From Candidatus Berkelbacteria bacterium (lineage in GTDB: Bacteria > Patescibacteriota > UBA1384 > DTJR01): a DNA stretch of 64,000 nucleotides. Of the stretch, positions 1 to 9,297 are shown piece by piece (positions within the stretch are counted from its first letter, which is position 1; every line of letters starts with the position of its first letter). The stretch covers positions 19,840 to 83,839 of the forward strand of contig JAOUGE010000001.1 of the NCBI GenBank assembly GCA_029865605.1, written 5' to 3'. Under the pieces are notes generated by a model, which ran no database searches, had not been told where the DNA came from, and was given only the letters and a program-made list of their open reading frames with translations. The position numbers and the translations under genes were made by a program.

Positions 1-413
1 AAGCGGAAATCGTGACGGTGAACGGTCTGAAGGACATGACCGACGCCGTCAACGCCGCCAACAGGAAGGCAACGCGGGTCTTCTGGGTGGCTATCGGCGC
101 AGGCGCGGTTGCCCTGATCGCGCTTTTCCTGGCGATCTGGGCACTTCTCCACTCGCGCGGCACCCGCCGCGGAGTGGTGCGGGTGGCGGCCGGGCGCTAC
201 GCCCCGCCGGCAGAGGGGGAGCCGGAAGCGCCGATCGAGGGCGTAGAGGAGGACTGGCTGTTTAGCGGCCTCCCGCGTGCCCACGACGAGCCGGAACCCG
301 CCGAGGACGAGGGCGCGCCGCCCGCCGTGGCGGAGCCGGTTTTCGAGGATCCGGATTTCGTGGCTCCCCCGCCCCCGCCGGCTGAGCCGCCCGCCGACCC
401 TGACGCAGTTTGA
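1..413 (+). CDS. 5'-truncated GC-rich membrane protein (one TM helix, acidic Pro-rich tail)
   Basis: Frame is open from the window edge. TM segment VFWVAIGAGAVALIALFLAIWALL; much more GC-rich than neighbouring genes; followed by a hairpin terminator. Confidence 0.7.
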   Translation, partial: AEIVTVNGLKDMTDAVNAANRKATRVFWVAIGAGAVALIALFLAIWALLHSRGTRRGVVRVAAGRYAPPAEGEPEAPIEGVEEDWLFSGLPRAHDEPEPAEDEGAPPAVAEPVFEDPDFVAPPPPPAEPPADPDAV

Positions 414-424
414 TGATGAACTCC

Positions 425-485
425 GGCCCTGACTCCGCCAACCCGCTTCGACTCGAATCGAGGCGAGCTAGCGGATGTCGGGGCC
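425..485. repeat. Nested REP-like palindromic element
   Basis: Outer arms ggccctgactccgc / gcggatgtcggggcc resemble 35887-35929. The inner 30 bp (438-467) recur as a reverse complement at 41456-41485. Confidence 0.65.
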
Positions 486-499
486 TTGACCCCAAGATC

Positions 500-531
500 A
501 AGGGGGACAGCAACGTTGCTGTCCCCCTTTT
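500..531 (+). terminator. Perfect 30-bp palindrome, probable intrinsic terminator
   Basis: aagggggacagcaacgttgctgtccccctt followed by Ts. Confidence 0.75.
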
Positions 532-636
532 GCGTTTTATGATATTTGATGGAATAATTAAAGGCAAACGACTTGATTAGCAAGCTTTGTTTTGAGTAAG
601 TTAAGTATTTAGTTTTAGAAATGTAAGGGGGAAAAA

Positions 637-3210
637 TTGAGCACCGAAGGAGAACAAGGGCGAACTCAAGAGGAGCCTGAATCACAGGCTGTGCCTGATG
701 CTTTAAGTCCCGATAAAGCAGGAACAGGCTGGGATCTTGAGCCTGGGGCTGCCGAGCCTCTTCCTCTAGAGCCATCGCCCCGGTCAGAATCTGCCGAACC
801 CCCCGAGCCAGCTCCGCCGCCAGTACCCCCATCATCTGAAGAAGATGAGGATATAGATATCCCGGCATTTTTGCGCAGACCTGCTGAATCACCGGCCGCC
901 CTCCCCGAGTCCGACGAGGCCGTTCAGCCGTCTTTGTCATCTACCGGTCCTCCCACCCCACCGGCACTACCCAGTCCGCCGTCAAGGGAGCTAACACCAG
1001 ATGAAGCGGGGGAGCTAGATGAAATAATTGCTCGGGAGCTTGAAAGGGTGGAAAAAGATTTCGGCCGCGATTTGACGGTTGCGGAAGTGGAGGTAATTGT
1101 TGCCAATGTTATTAGATCCAAGCCCGAGTTCGGCCAGGCGCTTTCCGCCGTTGACCAGACGACGGCAGATATTTATTCCCATTATGAGAGGATTACCAAA
1201 TCAACAAAACTGAAAAGATTTTTAAGGGGTGTCGCTTCATTTTTTGGCTATACGGCGGTTGGCGCCGCGGCGGGAATGGCGGTGCGCACCGGGGTAAGGG
1301 CAGCGATTGCCCACGCCTTTCATCTTTCGGCAACGGCTTTTAACCCGGGAGGAATGGCAGCAGGAGGGCTAGTCGGTGCGGCAATCGGTGGGTTCAGAGG
1401 AGCGCAGGCCGAGAAGAGGCGACTCCACGGCGCGGCAGCGGCGCTTAACGAGTTTAAACGGATTAAACAAGAAACTGGCCGGGACCATGCTTTGAGCTTT
1501 TTGGCTAGTGTTCTCCAGGGAGGAAGGTTTCAAGGTACCCACGAGGAACTTCTGGGGATGATCGGGGTTTTGAGAAGAGAATCGCTTTGGGGGGCAAGTG
1601 AGGCAGGCCAGCTTTGTGAGGTGCAAGATACGGTTAGAGTGGACGGGCAAGAAATGGTAGTTGACGATGCCTTGGTCGCCGGTTACCTCCAAGGGCTGGG
1701 TCCTGCCGGCGAGACGCTTTATCAGAGCTACCGCAGTAGCCCCGAAGCGAAGGCGTCGATTCGGAGAGCAATCAAGAGAGGAGCGATCAGGGGTGCGGTA
1801 ATTGGTGTCGGAGCGGGACTGGTAAGCGATTTGGTGGGTTGGTGGCTGGCAAATGTCAGGGCCGAGCAAGCCCAGGCGGCAATTGATGCGGCGGCAGCCA
1901 AGAAGCAGGCGGCTCTCCAGGGCGGCTCTGAGGAGTATTTAAAGGCTCATCATGCCGGAGAATCTTATGAATATGTTAACCGGATGGCAACCCCTACTGC
2001 TCAAGAAGCGATTTTACCGGCCGATGTCGGGCCGGACTGGCTGACAAGCCACGGCTTGTCAGCGGAACCGACTGATTTTGGCAATGCCCTAAAGCACGCT
2101 ATTTATTCAAATAACATTCAGCCGCCAGAAGGGGTAACACCGGAGCAGTTTCAGGGTTTTTTGCAGCTTTTAAACTATGTTAAGCCGGAAGTCGCCGAAC
2201 ATATGAATATTCCGCTTGAGGACGTTTCCCGCGGAGTTGAAGGGGGCGTTTATCATTTTGACCGAAGCTCGCTTGGGGCGCTGGTTGATTCGGTTTTTAA
2301 ATCCGGCGGGCAATTGGAACAGTTGAACTACGAGACGATTGCTGATGCTGACAAATTGTTAACAAATGTTTTTCCTCAAATGTTGGAACAGGGCGCCAGA
2401 CAGGCTGGCGAGGAAGCGGTTCGCCAAGCCGGTGCGGAGCAAGCGGTTCAGGCGGCTGGAGCTGCGGCCAAAACCGCCGGTGTGGAAGGCCTAAAAGAAG
2501 GAGCTCTGCACGCGGCCGGGATTGGAACCGGTGCCGCTTTGGGGGGCGCATGGGCGGCGCGCCGCGACCGTGAAGAAGGTGTTGCGGCAATTGAAGAAGC
2601 AGAGCAGGCTACCGGAGTCGCTGCGCGTAGTTCAGACGAAACCCAGCCGGAAGCTGAAACTGGTGGCTCTGGAACGGGTGAGGCTCCAGGCGAGGGCCAA
2701 CCGCCGGCGGAAGCGGCTGGTCCGACCCAGAGTGAAGAAGGCGCTGAAGCGGCTGGAGGGGAAGGGCCAACCGCACCAGAGCCAGCTCAAGAGCCAGGTG
2801 CCCCAGCGGAGCGCCCGGAGCAGCCACAGGTACAGCTTTCACCAGAAGATCAGGCCAGATTAGATGAACTTTGGACTGAGGCCGAAGAGGCGGAGAGAGA
2901 GTTTAGGGTTGTGTATGGGGGCAAAGAGGTACTGGATGCGAGGAGCGCGGTTGATTTAGTCAAAGAGGCAGAGCGTAAAGCGAAAGAGACGGGGGGAGAT
3001 AGATGGGAAGAGGAGTTCCAAGTCGTACTGGCCCAAAAGATTTTTGAGGAGAGAGTGCAAAAAAGTATCGGACCTCTTGAGGGTGAGGAGAGCGCCTCGA
3101 CTGATCGCGTCCTGGCGGAAGATTTAATTTTACTTTGGAACCGCGACAAAGATAAGATAAATAAGATAAGAGGAGAAATTTCTAAAATAACAAAAGGCAC
3201 TTTGCTTTGA
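637..3210 (+). CDS. Large glycine-zipper membrane protein with Pro/Glu-rich termini and an FtsZ-tail-like motif
   Basis: 857-aa ORF with TTG start after SD aaggggg. Several GxxxG hydrophobic segments; DIDIPAFLRR at aa 72-81. Confidence 0.85.
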   Translation: MSTEGEQGRTQEEPESQAVPDALSPDKAGTGWDLEPGAAEPLPLEPSPRSESAEPPEPAPPPVPPSSEEDEDIDIPAFLRRPAESPAALPESDEAVQPSLSSTGPPTPPALPSPPSRELTPDEAGELDEIIARELERVEKDFGRDLTVAEVEVIVANVIRSKPEFGQALSAVDQTTADIYSHYERITKSTKLKRFLRGVASFFGYTAVGAAAGMAVRTGVRAAIAHAFHLSATAFNPGGMAAGGLVGAAIGGFRGAQAEKRRLHGAAAALNEFKRIKQETGRDHALSFLASVLQGGRFQGTHEELLGMIGVLRRESLWGASEAGQLCEVQDTVRVDGQEMVVDDALVAGYLQGLGPAGETLYQSYRSSPEAKASIRRAIKRGAIRGAVIGVGAGLVSDLVGWWLANVRAEQAQAAIDAAAAKKQAALQGGSEEYLKAHHAGESYEYVNRMATPTAQEAILPADVGPDWLTSHGLSAEPTDFGNALKHAIYSNNIQPPEGVTPEQFQGFLQLLNYVKPEVAEHMNIPLEDVSRGVEGGVYHFDRSSLGALVDSVFKSGGQLEQLNYETIADADKLLTNVFPQMLEQGARQAGEEAVRQAGAEQAVQAAGAAAKTAGVEGLKEGALHAAGIGTGAALGGAWAARRDREEGVAAIEEAEQATGVAARSSDETQPEAETGGSGTGEAPGEGQPPAEAAGPTQSEEGAEAAGGEGPTAPEPAQEPGAPAERPEQPQVQLSPEDQARLDELWTEAEEAEREFRVVYGGKEVLDARSAVDLVKEAERKAKETGGDRWEEEFQVVLAQKIFEERVQKSIGPLEGEESASTDRVLAEDLILLWNRDKDKINKIRGEISKITKGTLL

Positions 3211-3225
3211 GCGAAAGGAGACAAG

Positions 3226-4023
3226 ATGGCTATCGGTGAATTGGAGAAAAGGATAATTGATGAACTTGGGCTAGGCAGCCTCGGGCCGCAGGAGCAGGAA
3301 GCGGCCTTGAAAATGGTTGATGAACGGCTTGAGAAAAGGTTCGTCGCCAATCTGCTCTTCGACCTGCCAGAGGATAAGAAGCGGGAACTTGAGCAAAAAG
3401 TTGAAGTGATGGAAAATCCCACCCCAGAGAGTGTTTTTGATGCTGCGATTGGCCTTCATCCCAACGCCCAAGGGGTACTTGAAAAGTCAGCTAAAGACAT
3501 AATAGATGAGATGAAAGCTTCGATGAGCAAAACCGCTCCGGCGCCGGAGGCGCCAAAGAACGAAGCTGAAACTTCTGGACAAGAACCTGGTACTTCGTCT
3601 ACCCAGCCCCAGATGTCGCCCACCGCTCAGTCGGGAGAAGGCCAAACCCAGAGCGACGGGGAGAGTTTTCCGCCAACGCCACCAACACCCACGCCGCCTT
3701 CGCCGCCAGCCGAGCCAGAGCCTGCTAAACCAAAGGATGAAACACCGCCGGTTAGTCCGCCAGAAGATGAAGGCCCTAAAGTTGGCACCCAAAGCAGTTT
3801 CGGCGCGGGCGGCTTAGCCGAGACACCGGATTACTATCAACCGGCCAGTCAAGAAATTATGCCACAGAAAGATACCAATTCTTCTGGTGATAAAGCGCCC
3901 TCTGGTGCTGCGCCAGCACCTGAAGCCCCCGAACAGCCAAGCGACGCTGCTCCCACCGCTCCCTTTAATCCTCCTCCTGCCGAAGACCCCAATGCACCCT
4001 CTACCGGAGGAGCAGCCCTCTAG
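3226..4023 (+). CDS. DUF5663-like helical domain with a long Pro-rich tail
   Basis: N-terminal LGLGSLGPQEQEAALKMVDERLEKR resembles CPR DUF5663; SD aaggag. Confidence 0.7.
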   Translation: MAIGELEKRIIDELGLGSLGPQEQEAALKMVDERLEKRFVANLLFDLPEDKKRELEQKVEVMENPTPESVFDAAIGLHPNAQGVLEKSAKDIIDEMKASMSKTAPAPEAPKNEAETSGQEPGTSSTQPQMSPTAQSGEGQTQSDGESFPPTPPTPTPPSPPAEPEPAKPKDETPPVSPPEDEGPKVGTQSSFGAGGLAETPDYYQPASQEIMPQKDTNSSGDKAPSGAAPAPEAPEQPSDAAPTAPFNPPPAEDPNAPSTGGAAL

Positions 4024-4069
4024 ATTTTGCTGGGCGAGAAGCGCTCGGATAGTGCCGAAAGCGTATTTT

Positions 4070-4078
4070 TGCTATAAT
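4070..4078 (+). promoter_or_regulatory. Extended -10 promoter upstream of the T4SS-like operon
   Basis: TG-C-TATAAT about 150 nt before the PrgI start. Confidence 0.55.
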
Positions 4079-4185
4079 TAATTCAGACAGGAGGTGGCGT
4101 ACTGAGAGATTCGGAAGGAGCCAGAATGTTGTTTGGTTTGGCGCGATATGCGTCGAGCTTTAGGGTACAGATAAAGTTAAAAGCT

Positions 4186-4204
4186 CTGCCTGCCGGCGGG
4201 CAGG
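4186..4204. repeat. Short GC-rich REP-like palindrome
   Basis: ctgcctgccggcgggcagg; related cores at 41659-41677 and 29624-29641. Confidence 0.5.
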
Positions 4205-4228
4205 GTAAAAAATAAGAGCGAAAAGGGC

Positions 4229-4894
4229 ATGCAATATAAAGTACCACAGAACATAGACCTCGAAGACAAGATTGTCGGGCCGTTTACGATGAAGCAGTTT
4301 ATTTATGTCATCGTCGCCGGCGGGATTATTTACGCTTGGTGGAGTTATTTGAGCAATAATTACGTGGATTTTATGCCTGCTTTTCTGATTTTCGCCGTGC
4401 CGGTTGGTTTCTTGGGCTTTTGCCTGGCTTTAGTAAAGGTAAACGAACGGCCGTTTGAGTTTTTTCTTTTAAATTTATTGCGTTTTATTTTTTCGCCCAA
4501 GCGGCGGGTTTGGCAGGAAGGTTATAAAACGGAAGATGTAATCGTTGTAGACAAAACGGAGGCAGCTCAGCCAAGAGAGACTTCTCGAGACACAAGAAGT
4601 CTCGACGATCTTTCTGTAAGTCTAGAAAAACAGGCAGGAATTTTAAGGCAGCAGGAATTGACTCAAAAACCGGCGGCTGAAAAGCCCGGCTTTCTCGCTG
4701 GCGTCTTCGGTAAAAAGGGCGAGAAGAGCGAATCAACTCTAAATCTCTCGGTCAAGGATGTCAAAGAGGCGGCTCAAAAACAAAGCCAAGCCCAAACGGC
4801 ACCAAAAGTCGAAAAAACGCCGCCAGCAGCAGTTGGCCAGAGTGCTGCCCCCAAGCGAAAGTCAGGTGGCTTATTTGGATTTATGAAAAAATAG
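4229..4894 (+). CDS. prgI: PrgI/VirB3-like T4SS membrane protein
   Basis: MQYKVPQNIDLEDKIVGPFTMKQF, two TM helices and NERPFE, which is the PrgI family signature. Confidence 0.85.
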   Translation: MQYKVPQNIDLEDKIVGPFTMKQFIYVIVAGGIIYAWWSYLSNNYVDFMPAFLIFAVPVGFLGFCLALVKVNERPFEFFLLNLLRFIFSPKRRVWQEGYKTEDVIVVDKTEAAQPRETSRDTRSLDDLSVSLEKQAGILRQQELTQKPAAEKPGFLAGVFGKKGEKSESTLNLSVKDVKEAAQKQSQAQTAPKVEKTPPAAVGQSAAPKRKSGGLFGFMKK

Positions 4895-4909
4895 ACTTTA
4901 ATTTAAACT

Positions 4910-5641
4910 ATGCCTAAACCTAAAAATCCCACCCAACAGCACCTGCCCTTTTCCGCTATTTATGATGATGTCGTGGTGACAAAGCGCGGTCAGTTTTGTC
5001 AGGTGGTAATGGTTAACTCGGTTAACTTTGGTTTAAAAAGCGAGGAAGAGCAAAATGCAATCATTGCTCAATATCAGGGCTTTTTGAATTCTCTTTCCTT
5101 CTCGGTTGAGATTATTGTTCATTCCAAAAGGCTTGATTTGACCAATTATGTTAAGGACCTTGAGGGCAGAATTGCCCAAGAGCCAAACGAGCTTATCCGT
5201 TATCAAATCCAAGAATATGTTGATTTTATCCAAAAGCTGATCTCGGTTGCCAATATAATGGACAAGAAGTTTTTTATTGTTGTGCCCCATCTTTTGAACC
5301 CTGGCGAGCTCTCGCGCGGCGGGTTTTTCTCGTCTGTTTTCGGCTCATCTCACGTTCATCTCCAAGTTCCTCTCAAAAGATTCAAGGCGGTTAAAGATGC
5401 CTTAGGTGAAAAAACAAATACTGTTGTTTCGTCTTTAGCCTCGATGGGCATTTCCGCTCAAGTCCTTTCTACCAAACAGCTGATAGAACTGTTTTACCGC
5501 ACTTATAATCCGTCTGAGGCGATGCAGGCGAAAATGCAAGGCGAGGTGGAGGCAATCGGCGTTCAGGCGGAAAAACCAAAACAGGAGCTGCAGGCCGCCG
5601 AGCCGAAAACAACCAATGTTTCGATAAAACAAAATAAATAA
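4910..5641 (+). CDS. T4SS protein resembling the VirB4/TraC N-terminal region
   Basis: VNFGLKSEEEQNAII..YQGFLNSL motif; lies between prgI and virB4. Confidence 0.75.
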   Translation: MPKPKNPTQQHLPFSAIYDDVVVTKRGQFCQVVMVNSVNFGLKSEEEQNAIIAQYQGFLNSLSFSVEIIVHSKRLDLTNYVKDLEGRIAQEPNELIRYQIQEYVDFIQKLISVANIMDKKFFIVVPHLLNPGELSRGGFFSSVFGSSHVHLQVPLKRFKAVKDALGEKTNTVVSSLASMGISAQVLSTKQLIELFYRTYNPSEAMQAKMQGEVEAIGVQAEKPKQELQAAEPKTTNVSIKQNK

Positions 5642-5685
5642 TTTTTAGTTTTACATTTTAAATTTTAACTTTGACCGAAGGGAAT

Positions 5686-7788
5686 ATGCCTATTTTCCAA
5701 AACATCCAAAACAGAAAAGTGATCAAGCGCGCCGAGCAGGAGATTGAAAAATCGTCGGCGAATATGTTGGATTTCATCGCCCCGGCCAGCTTTCAGGTTA
5801 CCCCCAATAATCTGCAAATTAACGATCTTTTTGTTAAAACCCTCTTCGTTTATTCTTACCCCTCTTTTCTTAATTCAAACTGGCTTTCCCCAGTCATTAA
5901 CTATGATATTACAATGGATGTTGCTCTTCACATCGCCCCGCTTGAATCAAATCTTTTTCTGGAAAGGATGAGAAAGCAAGCGGGCAGACTCGAGTCGAGC
6001 CGTCAGATTGAACAGGAAAAAGGGTTGGTCAGAAATCCCCAGCTTGATCGGGCCATTGCCGATATTGACCAGCTTCGCGAGGATTTGGTTTCGGGACAAC
6101 AAAGGATATTTAGAGCCGCCCTCTATTTCACCCTTTATGCCAAAACCTTGCAGGAATTAAACGAGACTGCCGACCAGTTGACTTCGATGCTTGGCGGGCT
6201 TTTGGTTTATACCAAACAAAGCATATTTCAGATGGAGCAAGGCTTTCACACTAGTCTGCCTCTAGCTGAGGACGAGCTTTTGATTGCCAAGAACCTGGAC
6301 ACCAACTCGCTATCGACTACCTTTCCTTTCGTCTCGGCCGAGCTGACCTCGAGTAAAGGGGTTTTGTATGGCATCAACAGGCATAATAATTCGTTGATTA
6401 TTTTTGACCGCTTTAATCTCGAGAACGCTAATCAGGTAGTCTTTGCCAAATCCGGCGCCGGCAAGTCCTATGCCGTCAAGCTCGAGGCATTGCGCTCGCT
6501 TATGTTTGGCACCGATGTTTTGGTGGTTGATCCCGAAAACGAATATCAAGCCCTTTGCGAGTCAGTCGGGGGAAGCTTTCTTGACTTTTCTTTGAATTCG
6601 GAGAAGAGAGTTAACCCCTTTGATTTACCCAAAGCGATGGAGGGAGAAGATGGAGCTTCTGTCTTACGCTCGGCCGTAACCGACATCAAGGGTCTTTTGG
6701 CCTTGATGGTTGGAGGCGTTACGCCCGAGGAAGACGCGATTTTAGATAAAGCCGTCTATGATACCTATGCTTTGCGCGATATCACCGAAAATGCCGCTAC
6801 GCATACTAATACGCCGCCGCTTTTGACTGATCTGCAGGGAGTTTTGCAAAATACGACTGGGGCAGAAAGTTTGACAAGAAGACTTGCTAAATATACCGAG
6901 GGGACTTTTGCCGGTCTTTTTAACCAGCCGACTAATTTTGAGCTTGACCGCGGCTTCGTTGTTTTCTCAATCAGAAATCTGGAAGAGGCTTTGAGGCCTT
7001 TGGGGATGTATATGATCTTAAACTATATTTGGTCGCAGATTCGCCACAATATGAGAAAAAGGCTCTTGATTGTTGACGAGGCCTGGATTTTGATGCAGTA
7101 CCCGGATTCGGCTAGATATCTTTATTCATTGGCTAAGAGGGCCCGCAAGTATTTCTTGGGGCTAACCATTATTTCCCAGGATGTTGAGGACTTTTTAAAC
7201 AGCGAGCAGGGCCGGGCGGTTTTGAATAACTCCTCGATGCAGATTCTGCTTAAGCAGTCCCCGACAGCGGTTGAAAAGCTGGCCGAAGTTTTTCATCTGA
7301 CTGAAGGCGAAAAATTTTTGCTCTTGGAATCTGATGTCGGCGAGGGGCTGTTTTTCGCCGGCTCATCGCATGTGGCAATAAAGATTGTTGCTTCTTACGC
7401 CGAAGATCAGATAATTACGACTGACCCGCGTCAACTTTTGGCTCAAAAAGAAGCTAAGGAAAAAGAGGAGGCGATGGAGGGGCCGGAAATAAGCTCTGAC
7501 GCCATACTTGAACAAGCCCCGCCCCGAGCGGTTCCAGCCGCTCCTGCACCGGCGGCCCAGGCGATTGCGCCCCCGAAACCGGTGGCGCCAACTAGGCAAA
7601 CTGCGCCAGCAGCTCCGACCGCACCGCCCGTTCAAACCTCTAAAGCCGCTCCCCCTACCGCGGTCCCGCCGGCGCCCAAAGCCTCACCGGCTCCCCAAGC
7701 TAAGGTTACCGGCGCTCAGAATACTGCCCCTGCTCAAGGCGCAGGGGTAAGGATTCCGGTTCAGAATAAGACCGCCCTGAGAACTTAG
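5686..7788 (+). CDS. virB4: VirB4-like T4SS ATPase with an Ala/Pro-rich C-terminal tail
   Basis: Walker A AKSGAGKS, VDPENEY, Walker B LLIVDEAW, RARKY..GLTIISQ. Confidence 0.92.
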   Translation: MPIFQNIQNRKVIKRAEQEIEKSSANMLDFIAPASFQVTPNNLQINDLFVKTLFVYSYPSFLNSNWLSPVINYDITMDVALHIAPLESNLFLERMRKQAGRLESSRQIEQEKGLVRNPQLDRAIADIDQLREDLVSGQQRIFRAALYFTLYAKTLQELNETADQLTSMLGGLLVYTKQSIFQMEQGFHTSLPLAEDELLIAKNLDTNSLSTTFPFVSAELTSSKGVLYGINRHNNSLIIFDRFNLENANQVVFAKSGAGKSYAVKLEALRSLMFGTDVLVVDPENEYQALCESVGGSFLDFSLNSEKRVNPFDLPKAMEGEDGASVLRSAVTDIKGLLALMVGGVTPEEDAILDKAVYDTYALRDITENAATHTNTPPLLTDLQGVLQNTTGAESLTRRLAKYTEGTFAGLFNQPTNFELDRGFVVFSIRNLEEALRPLGMYMILNYIWSQIRHNMRKRLLIVDEAWILMQYPDSARYLYSLAKRARKYFLGLTIISQDVEDFLNSEQGRAVLNNSSMQILLKQSPTAVEKLAEVFHLTEGEKFLLLESDVGEGLFFAGSSHVAIKIVASYAEDQIITTDPRQLLAQKEAKEKEEAMEGPEISSDAILEQAPPRAVPAAPAPAAQAIAPPKPVAPTRQTAPAAPTAPPVQTSKAAPPTAVPPAPKASPAPQAKVTGAQNTAPAQGAGVRIPVQNKTALRT

Positions 7789-7798
7789 ATAAAACCAG

Positions 7799-9280
7799 AT
7801 GGAAGAGACCAAGAAGAATAATGCTCAAGATTTGACTCCGGTTGGCGAGATTAAAACCGGTGCTAAAATTCCTGTTGAATCGAAGCCGCAAGCTCCTTCT
7901 GCAGCGGCTCCGCCGGCGGCAAATGCCACCGGCGCCAAAGCGAGAATCGGCTCTTCTCAGATGCCGCCTGCGCCGGCAAAGGTGACGCCCACGGTTTTAG
8001 GCAGACCAGCTCCCCAAGGCCCGCCTGCTCAAGTCCCACCGCCTCCGCCCGGAGGAAAGGCGGTAATCGGCCGCCCCGGGACCGGGCCGAAGATATTTAA
8101 AATAATTGGTATCGTGGCACTGATTTTAGCCGCTGCCGCTGCCGTTTTCTTTTTCTTCTTTTATCGGGCGGTAGTTGACATTAATCCCACCCCCGCTCCC
8201 GACAAAATCCTTTTGGACGGCAAGGAAATAAAGGCAGGGATATATCGGCTCTGGCCGGGCAAGCACAAGATATCAATAGAAAAGCAAGGCTATGTTTCAT
8301 ATGAGCTTGAGAAAGATTTTTCAATTGCCGAAAAGCAAGAATTGAATTTTAAGCTCGAGGGCGAAAAGGAAACATCTCTGATTGCTTCCGGCGCGAAAAA
8401 AATCAGATCAACCAAGGATGAAAAGATATTTTATTTTCTAAGCTCCGAGGGGAGAATTTCTGCCTTTATCAAAACGGCTCCGGACAAAGCGATTATTGAA
8501 GAGCGCTCCAACGCTTCTTATCAGGGAGTCAAAGAGTATCTCGTGTCGGATAACGGAAACTTCGCCTTGATTTTGGACGCTCAGGCCCTGCGGGTTTTAG
8601 ACTTTACCAGGGTTGATTTTGTTAACCAGGTCGAAGCGGTTTTGCCGCCTCTGGCAACATCTGTCGGTTCAATTTCCTGGAATTCGGGCAGCTCAAGATA
8701 TTTTACTGAAGCAAACTCACGAATTGTTTATGATCTCAAGACAACCAGCGGTTGGGATTTAATTACCGCTGATATACGCCACTCTAAGGCTAATATCGTC
8801 ATGCAGTTTAAGGAGGGTGATTTCAGCTCTCTAAACTTAGATTGGTCGGAAAGCCAGAAAAATATTTTGCTGGTTGGGGGGCGTCTTTGTGTTTTGGACA
8901 TCGTTACTCGCCCCGAATGTTCAAAGCCGTCTGATAAGACCGATTTTATCTGGGGTAAATGGGGCCCCGCGGGTAAGTACGCCATCTTGGTTGATAAAAA
9001 TCAAAACGCTTACGCTCTTAAAGGAGATAAAGTCGAGGACCTGAAAGTCAAAACAGCTGCTAATCTCGCTTTTTGGGAAAGTGAAAGCAAGGTGATTTTG
9101 TTAAGTTCGTCTAAGCCGGTCAGGATCGATTTTGACACGGGTGAGGTGATCAACTATGCTGAAATAAAGGGTACCAAAGGTGCCAATTCTTTTGCGGTAT
9201 TGGACGGCAAGGCTTATTTTACTGATAATGAAGGATTAAAAGAAGCAATCCTGGTTAGTTCGGGAGAAGTTTATCAATAA
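7799..9280 (+). CDS. Single-TM protein with a PEGA-like domain and a beta-propeller-like region
   Basis: Pro-rich N-terminus, TM helix, LWPGKHKISIEKQGY (PEGA-like). Confidence 0.75.
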   Translation: MEETKKNNAQDLTPVGEIKTGAKIPVESKPQAPSAAAPPAANATGAKARIGSSQMPPAPAKVTPTVLGRPAPQGPPAQVPPPPPGGKAVIGRPGTGPKIFKIIGIVALILAAAAAVFFFFFYRAVVDINPTPAPDKILLDGKEIKAGIYRLWPGKHKISIEKQGYVSYELEKDFSIAEKQELNFKLEGEKETSLIASGAKKIRSTKDEKIFYFLSSEGRISAFIKTAPDKAIIEERSNASYQGVKEYLVSDNGNFALILDAQALRVLDFTRVDFVNQVEAVLPPLATSVGSISWNSGSSRYFTEANSRIVYDLKTTSGWDLITADIRHSKANIVMQFKEGDFSSLNLDWSESQKNILLVGGRLCVLDIVTRPECSKPSDKTDFIWGKWGPAGKYAILVDKNQNAYALKGDKVEDLKVKTAANLAFWESESKVILLSSSKPVRIDFDTGEVINYAEIKGTKGANSFAVLDGKAYFTDNEGLKEAILVSSGEVYQ

Positions 9281-9297
9281 TAGATCAACGGAGGGGA

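Noticed and set aside
197-940. 247-aa minus-strand ORF and the many other antisense or overlapping ORFs in the track
   Set aside because: Shadows of better-supported genes; low complexity, no motifs or SD.
637-3210. Possible ftsZ
   Set aside because: No GGGTG(S/T)G motif or GTPase domain; the tail-like motif is near the N-terminus.
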